DNA of 63,132 nt, filler included. It is 6 parts of 6 records of this genome, joined end to end, with 100 filler letters (N's around TTAATTAATTAA, not from the genome) between each part and the next. Parts side by side here need not be neighbours in the genome. Positions count along the whole stretch, not along the records: positions 1 to 21,780 come from SRR20825010_6676; positions 21,881 to 45,151 come from SRR20825010_6678; 4 more parts are not named here. One strand, given 5' to 3'. The stretch's first letter is position 1. Every line of letters starts with the position of its first letter. Positions 10,342 through 23,272 of this stretch are shown here, one piece after another. Both the position numbers and the translations under genes were made by a program. The notes under the pieces were generated by a model. That model searched no databases, was not told the origin of the DNA, and saw nothing but the letters and a program-made list of their open reading frames with translations.

Positions 10342-13147
10342 AGTGTCGAACCTCGCCGTCGCCATCCACATTGGTAATGCAGCGGCCGCACAGCTCAGGA
10401 TGCTCCGCGTGGCTACCTACGTCCGGCTGGTGATGCCAGCAGCGAGCGCACTTGGCATGATCCGAAGCCAGCACCTGCACTTTCAGGCCCGCCACAGCAG
10501 TGTCTTCCAGTTCCGCCGGCGCTTCCGCCAGTGGCTTGAGCACAGCGGCAGAAGTAATGGTGACAAAACGCAATTCATCACCGAGACGCTGCAACAACGC
10601 ACTCTGCTCGGCATCCACAAACAACACCACCTCCGCACTCAAGCTACCCTTGATCAGCTTGGCTGCACGAGCGCCTTCGATGGCCTTGTTCACTGCCTGC
10701 TTGGCATCCTGCACCTTGTCCCAGAACGCCCGGCCCATATCGGCATCGTCGGCCAGCGCAAACAGGCCGTCGTACCACTCGGTCAGGAACACGGAATCGA
10801 GCCGCTCACCGGGCAAGTTCTCGTAGATTTCCTCGGCGGTGAAGCTGAGCACCGGTGCCATCCAGCGCACCAGCGCTTGGGCGATATGGTACAAGGCTGT
10901 CTGACAGGAGCGCCGTGCCACGGAATCGGCCTGGGTGGTGTACTGGCGATCCTTGATGATATCCAGATAAAAACCGCCCAGATCCAAGGCGCAGAAGTTA
11001 TGCAGCTTTTGGTAGACCTGATGGAAGTGATAGCCGTCGTACAGGTCTTTAATCTCAGCCTGCACTTGAAGCGCCCGGTCCACAATATAGCGGTCCAGCG
11101 CCAGCATTTGCTCTGGCTGCAGCGCATCCGTCCCAGGCTCGAAACCGCTCAGGTTGGAGAGCAGGAAACGGCTGGTATTGCGAATGCGGCGGTAGCTGTC
11201 ACCCATCTGTTTGAGGATATCTTTGGACACGGACATCTCGCCGCGGTAGTCCGTGGCGCAGACCCACAAGCGCAGAATATCGGCACCCAGATCGTTCCAG
11301 ACTTCCTGTGGCGCAATCACGTTGCCGACCGACTTGGACATCTTGCGGCCGTGCTCATCCACGGTGAAACCATGGGTCAACACGGTGCTGTAAGGCGCCG
11401 CATCACGGATCGCCAGGCTGGTCAGCAGTGACGACTGGAACCAGCCCCGGTGCTGGTCCGAGCCTTCCAGATACAGGTCCGCCGGCGCGCGCAGCTGCTC
11501 GCGCTGGTCCAGCACGCAATAATGGGTGACACCGGAGTCAAACCACACGTCCAGCGTATCGGTGACCTTGCTGTACTGATCCGCTTGCTCGCCCAGCAGC
11601 TCCGCCGGATCCAGATCAAACCAGGCATCAATACCTTCTTTCTCTACTCGCGCAGCCACCTGTTCGATCAGGGCCGGAGTGTCAGGATGCAGCTCACTGG
11701 TTTCCTTGTTAACGAAAAGGGCAATCGGCACGCCCCAGGTCCGCTGACGGGAAATACACCAGTCCGGGCGATCGGTCAGCATGCCTTCAATCCGCGCCTT
11801 GCCCCACTCGGGCAACCACTGCACCTTGTCGACTTCCTGACGGGCACGGGGCAGCAGACCCGCCTGATCCATGGACACGAACCACTGCGCCGTCGCACGG
11901 AAAATCAACGGCGTTTTATGACGCCAGCAATGAGGGTAGCTGTGTTCAATCTTCGCCAGCTTCACCAGATTGCCGCTCTCTTGCAGCGCCTCGATCACCG
12001 GCTCGTTGGCCTTGCTCACATGCAGGCCACCCACTACTGGCAGATCCTCACGGAACAGGCCGTTATCCAGCACCGGGCTGATCGGATCCAGGTCGTACTG
12101 CTTGCCCACCACAAAGTCATCAGCACCATGACCCGGCGCGGTATGCACCAGGCCGGTACCGGCATCGGTGGTGACATGCTCGCCGAAGATCACTGGCACC
12201 TGGGCCTCCAGGAAGGGATGCTGCAAAGGCATCATTTCCAGCTTGCTGCCTGTTACAGTGGCTGAGCGGGACGCCTTCTCCAGCCCCCAGCGCGTCACCA
12301 AATCATCAGCCAACGCCTCCGCCACCAGCAGCTCACGGGGCGCACCGTCCAGCTCCCCGGACAGCAATACATAGTCCAGTTCCGGGTGCACCGCCACCGC
12401 CCGGTTGGCTGGCAGGGTCCAGGGCGTGGTAGTCCAGATCACCAGCGCCGGGGCCCTGGCCTCAATGCCGGTGCGAGCCACAAAATCAGCGACATCAGCC
12501 ACCGGGAATGCCACATCAATGGCTGGCGAAACCTTGTCTTCATACTCCACTTCCGCTTCCGCCAACGCGGAGGCGCAATCCAGACACCAATGCACAGGCT
12601 TGAAGCCCTGCTGCAGGTGACCGTTATCCACGATCTTGCCCAACGAGCGGATGATGTTCGCCTCGAAGGCAAAATCCATGGTCAGGTAGGGGTTACCCCA
12701 GTCGCCAAACACGCCCAGACGCATAAAGTCCGACTTCTGCCCGGCCACTTGCTTGCTGGCGTATTCACGGCATTTTTTACGGAACGTGCCGGCATCCACC
12801 TTGTGCCCAGCCTTGCCGACTTTCTTCTCCACCATCAGCTCGATGGGCAAGCCATGACAATCCCAGCCCGGCACATAGGGCGCATCGAAGCCTGCCAGAG
12901 TGCGGGACTTGACGATCATATCCTTGAGGATCTTGTTCACCGCATGGCCGATATGAATATCGCCGTTGGCGTAGGGAGGGCCATCATGAAGAATGAACTT
13001 GGGTCGGCCGGCAAAGGTCTCGCGAATCTTCTGGTACAGCTGCTTTTGCTGCCACTCTTTGAGTCGCGCAGGTTCACGCTGGGACAGGCCGGCTTTCATC
13101 GGAAAGCCGGTTTGGGGAAGGTTTAGCGTTGCCTTGTAGTCCGTCAT
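10334..13147 (-). CDS. ileS: Isoleucyl-tRNA synthetase
   Basis: HIGH and KMSKS motifs, GWDCHGLP, C-terminal Zn finger. Confidence 0.99.
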   Translation of the reverse strand: MTDYKATLNLPQTGFPMKAGLSQREPARLKEWQQKQLYQKIRETFAGRPKFILHDGPPYANGDIHIGHAVNKILKDMIVKSRTLAGFDAPYVPGWDCHGLPIELMVEKKVGKAGHKVDAGTFRKKCREYASKQVAGQKSDFMRLGVFGDWGNPYLTMDFAFEANIIRSLGKIVDNGHLQQGFKPVHWCLDCASALAEAEVEYEDKVSPAIDVAFPVADVADFVARTGIEARAPALVIWTTTPWTLPANRAVAVHPELDYVLLSGELDGAPRELLVAEALADDLVTRWGLEKASRSATVTGSKLEMMPLQHPFLEAQVPVIFGEHVTTDAGTGLVHTAPGHGADDFVVGKQYDLDPISPVLDNGLFREDLPVVGGLHVSKANEPVIEALQESGNLVKLAKIEHSYPHCWRHKTPLIFRATAQWFVSMDQAGLLPRARQEVDKVQWLPEWGKARIEGMLTDRPDWCISRQRTWGVPIALFVNKETSELHPDTPALIEQVAARVEKEGIDAWFDLDPAELLGEQADQYSKVTDTLDVWFDSGVTHYCVLDQREQLRAPADLYLEGSDQHRGWFQSSLLTSLAIRDAAPYSTVLTHGFTVDEHGRKMSKSVGNVIAPQEVWNDLGADILRLWVCATDYRGEMSVSKDILKQMGDSYRRIRNTSRFLLSNLSGFEPGTDALQPEQMLALDRYIVDRALQVQAEIKDLYDGYHFHQVYQKLHNFCALDLGGFYLDIIKDRQYTTQADSVARRSCQTALYHIAQALVRWMAPVLSFTAEEIYENLPGERLDSVFLTEWYDGLFALADDADMGRAFWDKVQDAKQAVNKAIEGARAAKLIKGSLSAEVVLFVDAEQSALLQRLGDELRFVTITSAAVLKPLAEAPAELEDTAVAGLKVQVLASDHAKCARCWHHQPDVGSHAEHPELCGRCITNVDGDGEVRHYA

Positions 13148-13158
13148 GATTCCGCTTA

Positions 13159-14142
13159 TTACACCGTAGGCATATCAAAAAAAGCCCGAACCGCGTCTAC
13201 ATCCTGCCGGATGGCAGTCTTGAGTTGGTCCAGATCCGCGAATTTTTCTTCCGGGCGCACATAATGGCGAAAAGCCACGGTCAGGTGTGCGCCGTAAAGG
13301 CTGTCTTGATGCGTGTGCTGCGCGTCGCCCGAACCAGAAGCACCCGCCGAATCACTGTAATCCAGCAGGTAGACTTCCAGGCGATTTTCCGTGCCATTCA
13401 CCGTGGGCCGCGTGCCCATATTGGCTGCCCCTGGCTGGTCGGCCAGTCCGGCACCGGTGACCGTCACCGCAAAGACGCCGTGTAAAGGGGACTGCAACCG
13501 CTTCAGCGCCAGATTCACCGTGGGCAGGCCGAGGGTCCGGCCGATCTTGTCACCATGGCGCACCCGCCCACTGATGGCAAAAGGCCGACCCAGCAAGCGC
13601 TCTGCCAGAGCGAAATCGCCGTCGCACAGCGCCGCCCGCACTCGTGTGCTGGACACCCGCTCACCGTCGACCTCACAGGTGGCGGTATCTGTCACCGCAA
13701 AACCGAATTGCGTGCCAGCCTGCTGCAGGTAGGCGAAATCACCATCCCGGCCACAACCGAAACGGAAATCATCCCCCACCACCAGATATTCCACGCCCAG
13801 GCCATCCACCAACAGGGCTTTCACGAAAGCCTCTGCGGTCAGTGAGCGGAAGCGCTCATCAAAGCGCACACACAGCACCTGATCCACACCAGCCTCGCGC
13901 AGGGCGATCAACTTGTCGCGCAGCGACATAAGCCGTGGCGGCGCAGTCTGGGGAGAAAAGAATTCCTGGGGCTGCGGCTCAAACAACATCACCGTGGATT
14001 TCAAACCACGACGACGGGCCTCTGCGATCACTTGATCCAGAATGCGCTGGTGACCCTGATGCACTCCATCGAAATTGCCGATGGTAGCCACACAGCCGCG
14101 ATGCGTGTCGCGCAGATTGTGAATGCCGCGAATCAGTCGCAT
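13159..14142 (-). CDS. ribF: Bifunctional riboflavin kinase/FAD synthetase
   Basis: [28 protein letters not shown]. Confidence 0.97.
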   Translation of the reverse strand: MRLIRGIHNLRDTHRGCVATIGNFDGVHQGHQRILDQVIAEARRRGLKSTVMLFEPQPQEFFSPQTAPPRLMSLRDKLIALREAGVDQVLCVRFDERFRSLTAEAFVKALLVDGLGVEYLVVGDDFRFGCGRDGDFAYLQQAGTQFGFAVTDTATCEVDGERVSSTRVRAALCDGDFALAERLLGRPFAISGRVRHGDKIGRTLGLPTVNLALKRLQSPLHGVFAVTVTGAGLADQPGAANMGTRPTVNGTENRLEVYLLDYSDSAGASGSGDAQHTHQDSLYGAHLTVAFRHYVRPEEKFADLDQLKTAIRQDVDAVRAFFDMPTV

Positions 14143-14225
14143 CTCACCCTCATATCAAAAGACGCCAGATTATACAGCGTTGAGCAGGCCCACGACACAC
14201 GCCGGGGCGCCACAATGCGAAATCA

Positions 14226-15791
14226 CTAACGGCGCAGGTGCCGCACCCGCAAACCTAACACCACCAGAGACGACAAATAAATTGCCACGCCAGCGGCCAC
14301 GATCAAGGACAGCCAGCCGACCCGGGGCCATACCCCGGCTTCATTCCACACCGTCGTCCGCAACGACAGCCAGTAACATGCCGCCACCATAGCCGCCCCG
14401 GCCAACAGCATCCGCAACCATTGCAACGCCCACCCCGGCAACGGCTGATACACCCCACTGCGGCGCAGACCCAGATACAGCAAACCGGCATTCAACCAGG
14501 CCGATAGCGCCATGGCCGAGGCCAGCCCCACATGGCGCCACTCCCACACCAGCAAGGCGCCCAGCAGCATATTGGCCAGCATGGCCAACACCCCGATACG
14601 CACCGGGGTGCGAGTATCCTGTCGGGCATAGAAGCCCGGCGCCAACACCTTGATCAGCATGGCCGCCAGCAACCCGGCGCTGTAGGCCCGCAGCGAGGCC
14701 GCTGTCTTTGTCACATCAAAGGCGGAAAACTCCCCGTACTGGAACAGCGTAGACAGCAGCGGCTCAGCCAGAGCGAACAACGCCAGTGCCGCCGGCAAGC
14801 CTATCAGCAGCACCATGCGAATAGCCCAGTCCAGCGTGCGCGAAAACGCTTCCGGAGAAGCATCCGCATGCTTGCTGGACAGGCTGGGCAAAATCACCGT
14901 GCCAATGGCCACCGCAAAAATGCCCAGCGGCAGTTCGATCAAGCGGTCCGTGTAGTACAGCCAGGTCACCGACCCGGTTTCCAGCATGGAGGCCAGAATC
15001 GTGTTGACCAGGGAGTTGAGCTGATACACCGAGGCCCCGAACAGGGCCGGCGCCATCAGTTTCATGATCTTGCGCACACCCGGGTCACGCCAGCCCATGC
15101 GCGGGATCGGCATCAGATTCAGCCGGGCCAGGAAGGGCAACTGGAATAACAACTGCACCACCCCAGCAATCAATACCCCCCAGGCCAGCGCCACCGCCAT
15201 GCGGTCTTCAGCAAAGTGCGGCGCCAAAAACAGGGCGCAACCGATCAGGCTTAGGTTCAGCAACACCGGAGTGAAAGCCGGCACGGCAAAGCGGTTCCAG
15301 CTATTGAGAATGCCACCGGCGAACGCCGTCAGCGCAATAAAGAAAAGATAAGGAAACGTCAGGCGCAGCATCTCTACCGTCAGCGCCCTTTTTACCGGGT
15401 CATCGCCAAAACCGGGCGCAAACACCCAGATAATCGCCGGCGCGGCCAGCACACCCACCAACGTCACCAGCACAAGGGTGCCGCCCAGCGTCCCCGCCAC
15501 CCGGTCCACCAGCAATTTCGTGGCGGCCATGCTGCCATTGCTGCGGTATTCGCTGAGCACCGGCACAAAAGCCTGATTAAAGGCCCCCTCAGCAAACAAC
15601 CGGCGCAGGAAATTGGGGATTTTCAGGGCCACAAAAAAAGCATCGGCCCCGGCAGATGCACCCAACATCCGGGCAATCACCACATCGCGCACCAATCCCA
15701 GCACCCGTGACAGCATGGTCATGGTTGCCACCACGGCGGTGGAGGCCAGTAAACCTGCCTTTTTCGGGGGCTGCTCGGGGGTATCAGTCAT
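14226..15791 (-). CDS. murJ: Lipid II flippase MurJ
   Basis: SRVLGLVRD, PNFLRRLFAEGAF, DRLIELPLG. Confidence 0.97.
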   Translation of the reverse strand: MTDTPEQPPKKAGLLASTAVVATMTMLSRVLGLVRDVVIARMLGASAGADAFFVALKIPNFLRRLFAEGAFNQAFVPVLSEYRSNGSMAATKLLVDRVAGTLGGTLVLVTLVGVLAAPAIIWVFAPGFGDDPVKRALTVEMLRLTFPYLFFIALTAFAGGILNSWNRFAVPAFTPVLLNLSLIGCALFLAPHFAEDRMAVALAWGVLIAGVVQLLFQLPFLARLNLMPIPRMGWRDPGVRKIMKLMAPALFGASVYQLNSLVNTILASMLETGSVTWLYYTDRLIELPLGIFAVAIGTVILPSLSSKHADASPEAFSRTLDWAIRMVLLIGLPAALALFALAEPLLSTLFQYGEFSAFDVTKTAASLRAYSAGLLAAMLIKVLAPGFYARQDTRTPVRIGVLAMLANMLLGALLVWEWRHVGLASAMALSAWLNAGLLYLGLRRSGVYQPLPGWALQWLRMLLAGAAMVAACYWLSLRTTVWNEAGVWPRVGWLSLIVAAGVAIYLSSLVVLGLRVRHLRR

Positions 15792-16038
15792 GGTTGCTCC
15801 AGGAAACCGGTGAAGGTTAACGAAAGGCCACCCAAACCGCCAGAGAGGCACGTGCCAATCATCATTTCAGCGGGCTTTTCCCATTGACACAGGCCGCCTT
15901 GATCGGCATAGTTGCGCGTCTTTAGACCGTGACCCGTGTGTTTTTTGACCATAGATTGGCTTCCAACACCCAGGTCGGCCCTTCAGGGCCAGTGTCGTAA
16001 ACCGAATTTGACCTCGAATTTTAGATAGGAGCAGGACC

Positions 16039-16305
16039 TTGGCTAACTCACCGCAAGCACGCAAGCGTGCGCGTCAGGCGGAAAATCGCCGTCAGCACAA
16101 CGCAGCGATGCGCTCCATGGTGCGCACATACCTGAAGAAGGTGAACGCGGCTATTGCGTCCGGCGACCAAGGCAGCGCTCAGGAAGCTTACAACCAGGCG
16201 GTGTCTGTGCTGGACAAAGCCACCCGCAAGGGCAAGTTTCACCCGAACAAGGCCGCTCGCCACAAGAGCCGCCTGAACACCAAGATCAAGGCCATGGCTG
16301 CCTAA
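16039..16305 (+). CDS. rpsT: 30S ribosomal protein S20
   Basis: MANSPQARKRARQ...HPNKAARHKSRL (TTG start). Confidence 0.98.
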   Translation: MANSPQARKRARQAENRRQHNAAMRSMVRTYLKKVNAAIASGDQGSAQEAYNQAVSVLDKATRKGKFHPNKAARHKSRLNTKIKAMAA

Positions 16306-16309
16306 GCTC

Positions 16310-16362
16310 TTTGGTGCACATAAAAAAACCGGCCTTGAGCCGGTTTTTTTATGTGCACCAAA
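16310..16362. terminator. Bidirectional intrinsic terminator between convergent rpsT and proB
   Basis: Perfect 24-bp inverted repeat TTTGGTGCACATAAAAAAACCGGC-cttga-GCCGGTTTTTTTATGTGCACCAAA with A7/T7 tracts. Confidence 0.9.
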
Positions 16363-16458
16363 CGCTGGCACGCCTCACGCAACACGCCGACCTGCGGCCG
16401 CACGCAGGCCTGGATTAACGGTTAGCGTGCATGCGTTTCGCCTGTTGCGTGAAGCATC

Positions 16459-17571
16459 TCACTCAAACACCACCAGATTATCCCGGTGGATCAACTCTTC
16501 CTCATTCATAAAGCCCAGAACATCAGCGATCTCGGCGCTCTTCTTGCGGCAAATTCGGCGCGCATCCGCCGCATCGTAATTCACCAGGCCACAGCCGATC
16601 CGCTCGCCCTGCTCATCCTCACACGCCACCATCTCGCCACGGGAAAACTGACCAAACACATCCACCACTCCCACCGGCAGCAAACTCGAGCCGCCATCAC
16701 GCAAACGCGCCACCGCCCCGGCATCCAGCACCAGGCGCCCGCGCATCTGCAAATGCCCGGCCAACCACTGCTTGCGGGCGTTCATGGGCGAGGTATCCGG
16801 CAACAACGTCGTGCCCGGCCCCTGGCCATCCGCCAACTCGATAAGCACTTCCGGGCTACGCCCGGAGGCAATAGTGGTAATCGCACCCGAGCGAGCGGCC
16901 AACTTGCCAGCCCGCACCTTGGTGGCCATACCACCGCGCCCCAATAAACCGCCACCACCAGCGACACGGGCAATGGCCGGGTCCGAGGCCCGGGCCTCGC
17001 GGATCAGATTAGCATCGGCATTGTTGCGCGGATCTGCATCGAACAAGCCCTCCTGATCCGTGAGAATCAGCAGCCGGTCCGCCTCTACCAGATTCGCCAC
17101 GAGCGCCGCCAGGGTATCGTTATCCCCAAAACGGATTTCGTCGGTGACCACGGTATCGTTCTCATTCACCACCGGCACCACACCGAACCCCAGCAGGGTC
17201 AGCAAGGTAGAGCGGGCATTGAGATAGCGTTTGCGATCAGACAGATCGTCGTGGGTGAGCAGCACCTGGGCGGTATGCAACTGATGCTGCTGAAAGCGGG
17301 ACTCCCAGGCCTGCACCAACCCCATCTGCCCCACCGCAGCGGCGGCCTGCAATTCATGCACGGAATCCGGACGCACCGACCAGCCCAGCCGGGTCATCCC
17401 CTCTGCCACCGCCCCGGATGACACAATAACCACCTCGATGCCGCGCTCACGCAGCGCCACCATGCGGTCCACCCAGGTTTGCATGAGCGCACAGTCCAAT
17501 CCCTTGCCATCATTGGTCAGCAGGGCACTGCCTATCTTGATTACCCAACGCTGGCGATCCGCCACGCTCAC
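16459..17571 (-). CDS. proB: Glutamate 5-kinase
   Basis: [31 protein letters not shown]-terminal PUA domain. Confidence 0.97.
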   Translation of the reverse strand: MSVADRQRWVIKIGSALLTNDGKGLDCALMQTWVDRMVALRERGIEVVIVSSGAVAEGMTRLGWSVRPDSVHELQAAAAVGQMGLVQAWESRFQQHQLHTAQVLLTHDDLSDRKRYLNARSTLLTLLGFGVVPVVNENDTVVTDEIRFGDNDTLAALVANLVEADRLLILTDQEGLFDADPRNNADANLIREARASDPAIARVAGGGGLLGRGGMATKVRAGKLAARSGAITTIASGRSPEVLIELADGQGPGTTLLPDTSPMNARKQWLAGHLQMRGRLVLDAGAVARLRDGGSSLLPVGVVDVFGQFSRGEMVACEDEQGERIGCGLVNYDAADARRICRKKSAEIADVLGFMNEEELIHRDNLVVFE

Positions 17572-17632
17572 TCCTTATTCCCTGGGCCGAAGATCTGATA
17601 GCACTTGCCGATCGCGCAGCAAAAGCTGCTCG

Positions 17633-18853
<1,221 letters not shown>

Positions 18854-18894
18854 TTACGGCATAAGGTACAACTTGGAACACGGAAAACACATAC

Positions 18895-18931
18895 AAAAAA
18901 GCCCCGCGGGCGAGAGCCTCACGGGGCTTTT
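18895..18931 (-). terminator. Intrinsic terminator after rpmA
   Basis: AAAAAAGCCCCG...CGGGGCTTTT hairpin with a T-tract on the minus strand. Confidence 0.8.
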
Positions 18932-18946
18932 CAGGATCCCTCAGGA

Positions 18947-19207
18947 TCAGGCCACGGGCTCGATTACCACATATTTGCGGCTCAGCGGGCCTTTGACTTC
19001 AAACTTCACACGACCGGTTTCCTTGGCAAAGATGGTGTGGTCTTTGCCCATGCCGGCGTTTACGCCAGCGTGGAATTTGGTGCCGCGCTGGCGAACAATG
19101 ATTTCACCCGCGCTGACAACCTGGCCGCCATAGCGTTTCACGCCAAGGCGTTTACTTTCCGAATCGCGACCGTTACGAGTACTACCACCGGCTTTTTTAT
19201 GCGCCAT
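18947..19207 (-). CDS. rpmA: 50S ribosomal protein L27
   Basis: [16 protein letters not shown]. Confidence 0.99.
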   Translation of the reverse strand: MAHKKAGGSTRNGRDSESKRLGVKRYGGQVVSAGEIIVRQRGTKFHAGVNAGMGKDHTIFAKETGRVKFEVKGPLSRKYVVIEPVA

Positions 19208-19252
19208 GTCTCAATCCTCTCTACTCAATTTCTAAAAATCAGGTCTTAAGGA

Positions 19253-19564
19253 TCAGCCCTGGATCCCGGTGATTTTCACCGCAGTGTACCACTGACGGTG
19301 ACCCTGTTGCTTACGGGAATGCTTACGGCGACGGAACTTCACAATCTTGATCTTCTTGTGACGGCCCTGCTCCAGCACTTCCGCGGTTACCTTGGCACCA
19401 TCCAGCATGGGCTGGCCGACTTTCACGTCGTCGCCATTGGCAACCAGCAGCACCTGGTCGAAATCAACGGATTCGCCGGTGGCTACTTCAATTTTCTCGA
19501 TGCGAACAACATCGCCTTCTTCAACGCGATACTGCTTACCACCGGTTTTGATTACTGCGTACAT
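19253..19564 (-). CDS. rplU: 50S ribosomal protein L21
   Basis: [14 protein letters not shown]...GHRQWYT. Confidence 0.99.
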   Translation of the reverse strand: MYAVIKTGGKQYRVEEGDVVRIEKIEVATGESVDFDQVLLVANGDDVKVGQPMLDGAKVTAEVLEQGRHKKIKIVKFRRRKHSRKQQGHRQWYTAVKITGIQG

Positions 19565-19829
19565 GTGTGTGCTCCAGCACAACTCCACTCAGGCGGGCGA
19601 TCCACGGCGTCCACGACACCTTCAACAGTGCGGGAAACAGCCACCACCACTTGCAAGCCAGGCAGAGGATGAAATTGGGTCGCGAAGTGTACGCTAAGCA
19701 ACCAGGACCTACAAGCCTTTCCTTCTCGCCTTGACCCAGCAATCACGGGGGCTGCGGTTTCCTTGACTACCCGCCAGCCACTGCTAGCATTGCCCGCTGT
19801 CGCGCCACCCTTTGTCTGGACCTGAATAC

Positions 19830-20801
19830 ATGGATTTCAAGGCTATCTATGCCGTCGTCGATGACGACTTCGAGGCGGTGAACCAGTTTATCAGTCACCA
19901 CCTGGATTCCAACGTCCCCCTGATCCGCGAAGTGGGCGATTACATCATTCAATCCGGCGGCAAGCGGCTACGGCCGCTGATCGCCATTCTTTGCGCCCGG
20001 GCCGCCGGCTATCAAGGCGATCGCCACGTGGATGTGGCCGCCATTATTGAGTTTCTGCATACCGCCACCCTGCTCCATGACGACGTGGTGGACGAGTCCA
20101 ACCTGCGCCGCGGGCGCCCCACCGTCAATGCGGTGTGGGGCAACGCCGCCAGCGTTTTAGTGGGCGACTTTCTGATTTCCCGTGCCCTGCAGCTGATGGT
20201 TGCCCTGCGACACCCGCGCCTGCTGGACATTTTCTCCCAGAGCACCAACACCATTTCCGAAGGGGAAGTGCTGCAACTGATCAACGTGCGTGACCCCAAC
20301 ACCAGCGAAGAAAACTACATGCGGGTGATTCATCACAAGACCGCCAAGATGTTCGAATCCGCCGCCGAAACCGGCGCCGTACTGGGCGCAGACGAGATCA
20401 GCGATCATGTGGACGCCTTTGCCACCTACGGCCGCCACCTGGGCATCGCCTTCCAGTTGATCGACGACGTGCTCGACTACCAGGGTGACGCCAGCGAACT
20501 GGGCAAGAATGTGGGCGACGACCTAGCCGAAGGCAAACCCACACTGCCACTGATCTACACCATCGCCAACGGCTCCCCCGAACAGGCCACGCTGATCAAG
20601 GATGCCATTCGCAGCGGCGGGCTGGAGCATCTGGAACAAATCGTTGAAACCGTTCGCGCCAGCGGCGGTCTTCAATATACGGTGGACAAGGCGGCAGAGC
20701 AGACCCGCATTGCCCTGGCGGCTATCGACCATGTGCCCGCCTCACCGTACAAGGATGCCCTGTTCCGCCTGGCGGAAGAGTCATTGAAGCGCACCTACTG
20801 A
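19830..20801 (+). CDS. ispB: Octaprenyl/polyprenyl diphosphate synthase
   Basis: GGKRLRP, LLHDDVVD, FQLIDDVLD. Divergent from rplU. Confidence 0.95.
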   Translation: MDFKAIYAVVDDDFEAVNQFISHHLDSNVPLIREVGDYIIQSGGKRLRPLIAILCARAAGYQGDRHVDVAAIIEFLHTATLLHDDVVDESNLRRGRPTVNAVWGNAASVLVGDFLISRALQLMVALRHPRLLDIFSQSTNTISEGEVLQLINVRDPNTSEENYMRVIHHKTAKMFESAAETGAVLGADEISDHVDAFATYGRHLGIAFQLIDDVLDYQGDASELGKNVGDDLAEGKPTLPLIYTIANGSPEQATLIKDAIRSGGLEHLEQIVETVRASGGLQYTVDKAAEQTRIALAAIDHVPASPYKDALFRLAEESLKRTY

Positions 20802-20827
20802 GCGTACCGACCCACTAAGGAGTTCCC

Positions 20828-21409
20828 ATGCTGCGTGCAGCCCTGATTTTGACCGCGACCACCCTGTTTGCCGGTTGCGCCCTGAGCCCACAAATGATCA
20901 ACGTAACCCCCAAGGCGGACGTTGAAGCAGCCAACATCGGCCAGAATCAGCCGGTGCAGGTTATCGCTGTGGATTCCCGCGACCAGAGCGCCTTCGGCAC
21001 CCGCGGCGGCGTCTACAAGGAAACCGCCCTGGTTCAGCCAGCCAATGACGTGAAAGCCGCCATTGAAGACGCCGTGCGCAAAGGACTGCAAACCCAGGGC
21101 TTTAACGCCTTCAACGCCGGCGCCGACGCCACCCGCCTGGAAGTGCGCCTGGAACAGCTGGACTATGTGCCCGAAGAAGGCTCGGTGGTAAACGAAGTCA
21201 CCCTGTCGCTGACGCTTCTCGCCGAAGCCACCCGTGGTGATGTGGTGCATACCGGCACCTACAAGAGCAGCGTGGTCCACGACCTGCCGCTCACTCCCAC
21301 GGCTGACCGCAATCAGGCCATGATCAACGAGATCCTCAGCGGCGCCATCACCCGCATGCTGAACGATCCCGAGATGCAAGGCTTTCTGGCTGGCAACGAC
21401 AACCCCTGA
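20828..21409 (+). CDS. YajG family lipoprotein
   Basis: Lipobox LFAGC followed by ALSPQ, then VxDxR motif. Confidence 0.75.
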   Translation: MLRAALILTATTLFAGCALSPQMINVTPKADVEAANIGQNQPVQVIAVDSRDQSAFGTRGGVYKETALVQPANDVKAAIEDAVRKGLQTQGFNAFNAGADATRLEVRLEQLDYVPEEGSVVNEVTLSLTLLAEATRGDVVHTGTYKSSVVHDLPLTPTADRNQAMINEILSGAITRMLNDPEMQGFLAGNDNP

Positions 21410-21693
21410 TGCCCAATAATCGCGTCGTCATCCACTATTGCAGCCAGTGCAACTGGCTGCTTCGTAGCGGCTGGTACGCGCAGGAACTGCTGTCTACCTT
21501 CAGCGATGAACTGGATGAAGTGGCCCTGCAACCGGGCACCGGCGGGTCGTTCTGGGTTGAAGCCAACGGCCAGCAGATCTGGGAACGCAAACAGGACGGC
21601 GGCTTCCCGGAGATTACCGAGCTAAAACGGCGGGTGCGGGATGCAGTCTGCCCGGAGCGGGCACTGGGGCATATTGATCGCAAGGACGCCTGA
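21409..21693 (+). CDS. SelT/SelW/SelH (Rdx) family protein
   Basis: HYCSQCNW, AQELLSTF, GGSF, WERK.DGGFP. Confidence 0.9.
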   Translation: MPNNRVVIHYCSQCNWLLRSGWYAQELLSTFSDELDEVALQPGTGGSFWVEANGQQIWERKQDGGFPEITELKRRVRDAVCPERALGHIDRKDA

Positions 21694-21780
21694 CGATACT
21701 GGATATCTAATCGCGCCGCAGGAGCATCGCTGGCGGCGGCAAAATAACCGGAGTATCGAGTTGCGAGAAGCGAGTTTCGA

Positions 21781-21880
21781 NNNNNNNNNNNNNNNNNNNN
21801 NNNNNNNNNNNNNNNNNNNNNNNNTTAATTAATTAANNNNNNNNNNNNNNNNNNNNNNNNNNNNNNNNNNNNNNNNNNNN
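21781..21880. other. Artificial contig linker
   Basis: N-run, TTAATTAATTAA (stops in all frames), N-run. Confidence 0.97.
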
Positions 21881-21883
21881 GAT

Positions 21884-23272
21884 ATGGCTGACGTCATAGA
21901 TATTAATAAGCTGATGGCTGAAATTAGCTGGCCATCGCTTAAGATGCAGCGCAAGCAAAAAGCCACTGAAATCGAAAAACGTGAATTCGACAACAACCAG
22001 GCTACATCTTTTGTACAGCGTGTGCGAACGATCTTTGCACGGGAACAATCGGACACCGATAAGAGGTATGCGTCTTTTCGCACTCTGATGCTGGAAATTC
22101 GGAGCGAAATAGATTTCGAAACTCGGGTGATCAAAATCAAAGAAGCGCTCGAAGACATGAAGCAAGAGGTTAGGCGCCAATTGCCCAAGTTGCGAGAAGC
22201 GAAAACAAAATATCAGGAAGAAAAAGCCGATTTTGATAATTACCGTGCGCTGAACGGCCTTACCCGACCAGCCATTGAAAAACCGGACCACAAATACTTT
22301 TATGATCTCATTGGCATTCTCGCCATTGAAGCCCTTGGCAACATATCGATGATTGCGCCGGTGTCACCCAATCTCGTGGTGGCGATTATTCTGTCGATGT
22401 TGATTGGCTTTGCAAACTTGAGCGTGATGTTTCTTGTCGGCTATTTTGGCACCAAAGGATTTTACACTCGCTTCCTTTGGCGCAAGGTCTGCGCCTTTTT
22501 AGCGGTAATCTTTGCAATCACCGTCATGCCATTCTTTCACTGGATTGTGAGCATGTATCGCTCACAAGCCGCTCTGGCGTCGAAAAGTCTGGAGAATGGC
22601 GACATCATGGCACTGCCCTCTGAAGGGGCGCTCTTCGAGGCTGTTGTCACCTATTTTTCGAAGCATGGAATTGGTTTTCTGGACCTCACGGCCGTCCTGA
22701 TGTTCGTCATCGGGATAATCATGGGAATATATGCTTGGTACAAAGGCCATAACTACGGAGACCCTATCACTGAATATGCAGCACGGGAAAAGAAACTGCA
22801 GGAGCGGCACGATAACTTTTTAGTTCCAAGCGAGACTCTCCGAGAGTCAATCGTCGACTTGAGGAACGAAGTGCTCGACGAAATTAGTGACTACCTCAGA
22901 ATGCTGCAGCCCCGTCTCCAAAACATCGATATGCACGTGGCTAAAATTGATGGTTTCGAGAAAGAAATAGTCCGGTTCTGCGACAGTTGCCGATCAGCGA
23001 CGGATGTTTTCCTCAAGCGGTATAAATCGGATGTACTGGAAGGGGATATTCCCCCGTGGTTTTCTGCCATCGAGGAGCAAGCGGTTAGTACGATAGAACT
23101 GCCCGATCACTTTACTATCAATCTCAAAGAAGCCAGAGATTTGGCGGAGCAAGCCCACAAACTTGCCGAGACCGAAAGGCCAAGAGCCGAAGCCTATCAG
23201 AACGAAGCATTCAACAAGGTCGATCAGCTTCAAGAAAAAGTCGATAAGCTGCTTGAGGGAGTAGACGCATGA
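21884..23272 (+). CDS. Uncharacterised membrane protein (about 4 TM helices flanked by long coiled coils); gene 1 of the MotAB-like operon, 5' end uncertain
   Basis: 462-aa ORF starting 3 nt from the contig edge. Four hydrophobic segments in the middle, heptad-rich ends, ATGA overlap with the next gene. Confidence 0.8.
   Translation: MADVIDINKLMAEISWPSLKMQRKQKATEIEKREFDNNQATSFVQRVRTIFAREQSDTDKRYASFRTLMLEIRSEIDFETRVIKIKEALEDMKQEVRRQLPKLREAKTKYQEEKADFDNYRALNGLTRPAIEKPDHKYFYDLIGILAIEALGNISMIAPVSPNLVVAIILSMLIGFANLSVMFLVGYFGTKGFYTRFLWRKVCAFLAVIFAITVMPFFHWIVSMYRSQAALASKSLENGDIMALPSEGALFEAVVTYFSKHGIGFLDLTAVLMFVIGIIMGIYAWYKGHNYGDPITEYAAREKKLQERHDNFLVPSETLRESIVDLRNEVLDEISDYLRMLQPRLQNIDMHVAKIDGFEKEIVRFCDSCRSATDVFLKRYKSDVLEGDIPPWFSAIEEQAVSTIELPDHFTINLKEARDLAEQAHKLAETERPRAEAYQNEAFNKVDQLQEKVDKLLEGVDA

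Noticed and set aside
21409-21693. Selenoprotein
   Set aside because: The motif is CxxC with no in-frame TGA, so it is the cysteine homologue.
21750-21780. Degenerate heptamer run (CGAGTTG CGAGAAG CGAGTTT), sharing a 15-mer with about 22188-22202
   Set aside because: Truncated by the contig end. The second match lies inside a CDS on a different contig and is probably chance.
21825-21836. TTAATTAATTAA repeated five times in the window
   Set aside because: Always embedded in N-runs. It is an assembly linker, and ORFs running into it are artefacts.
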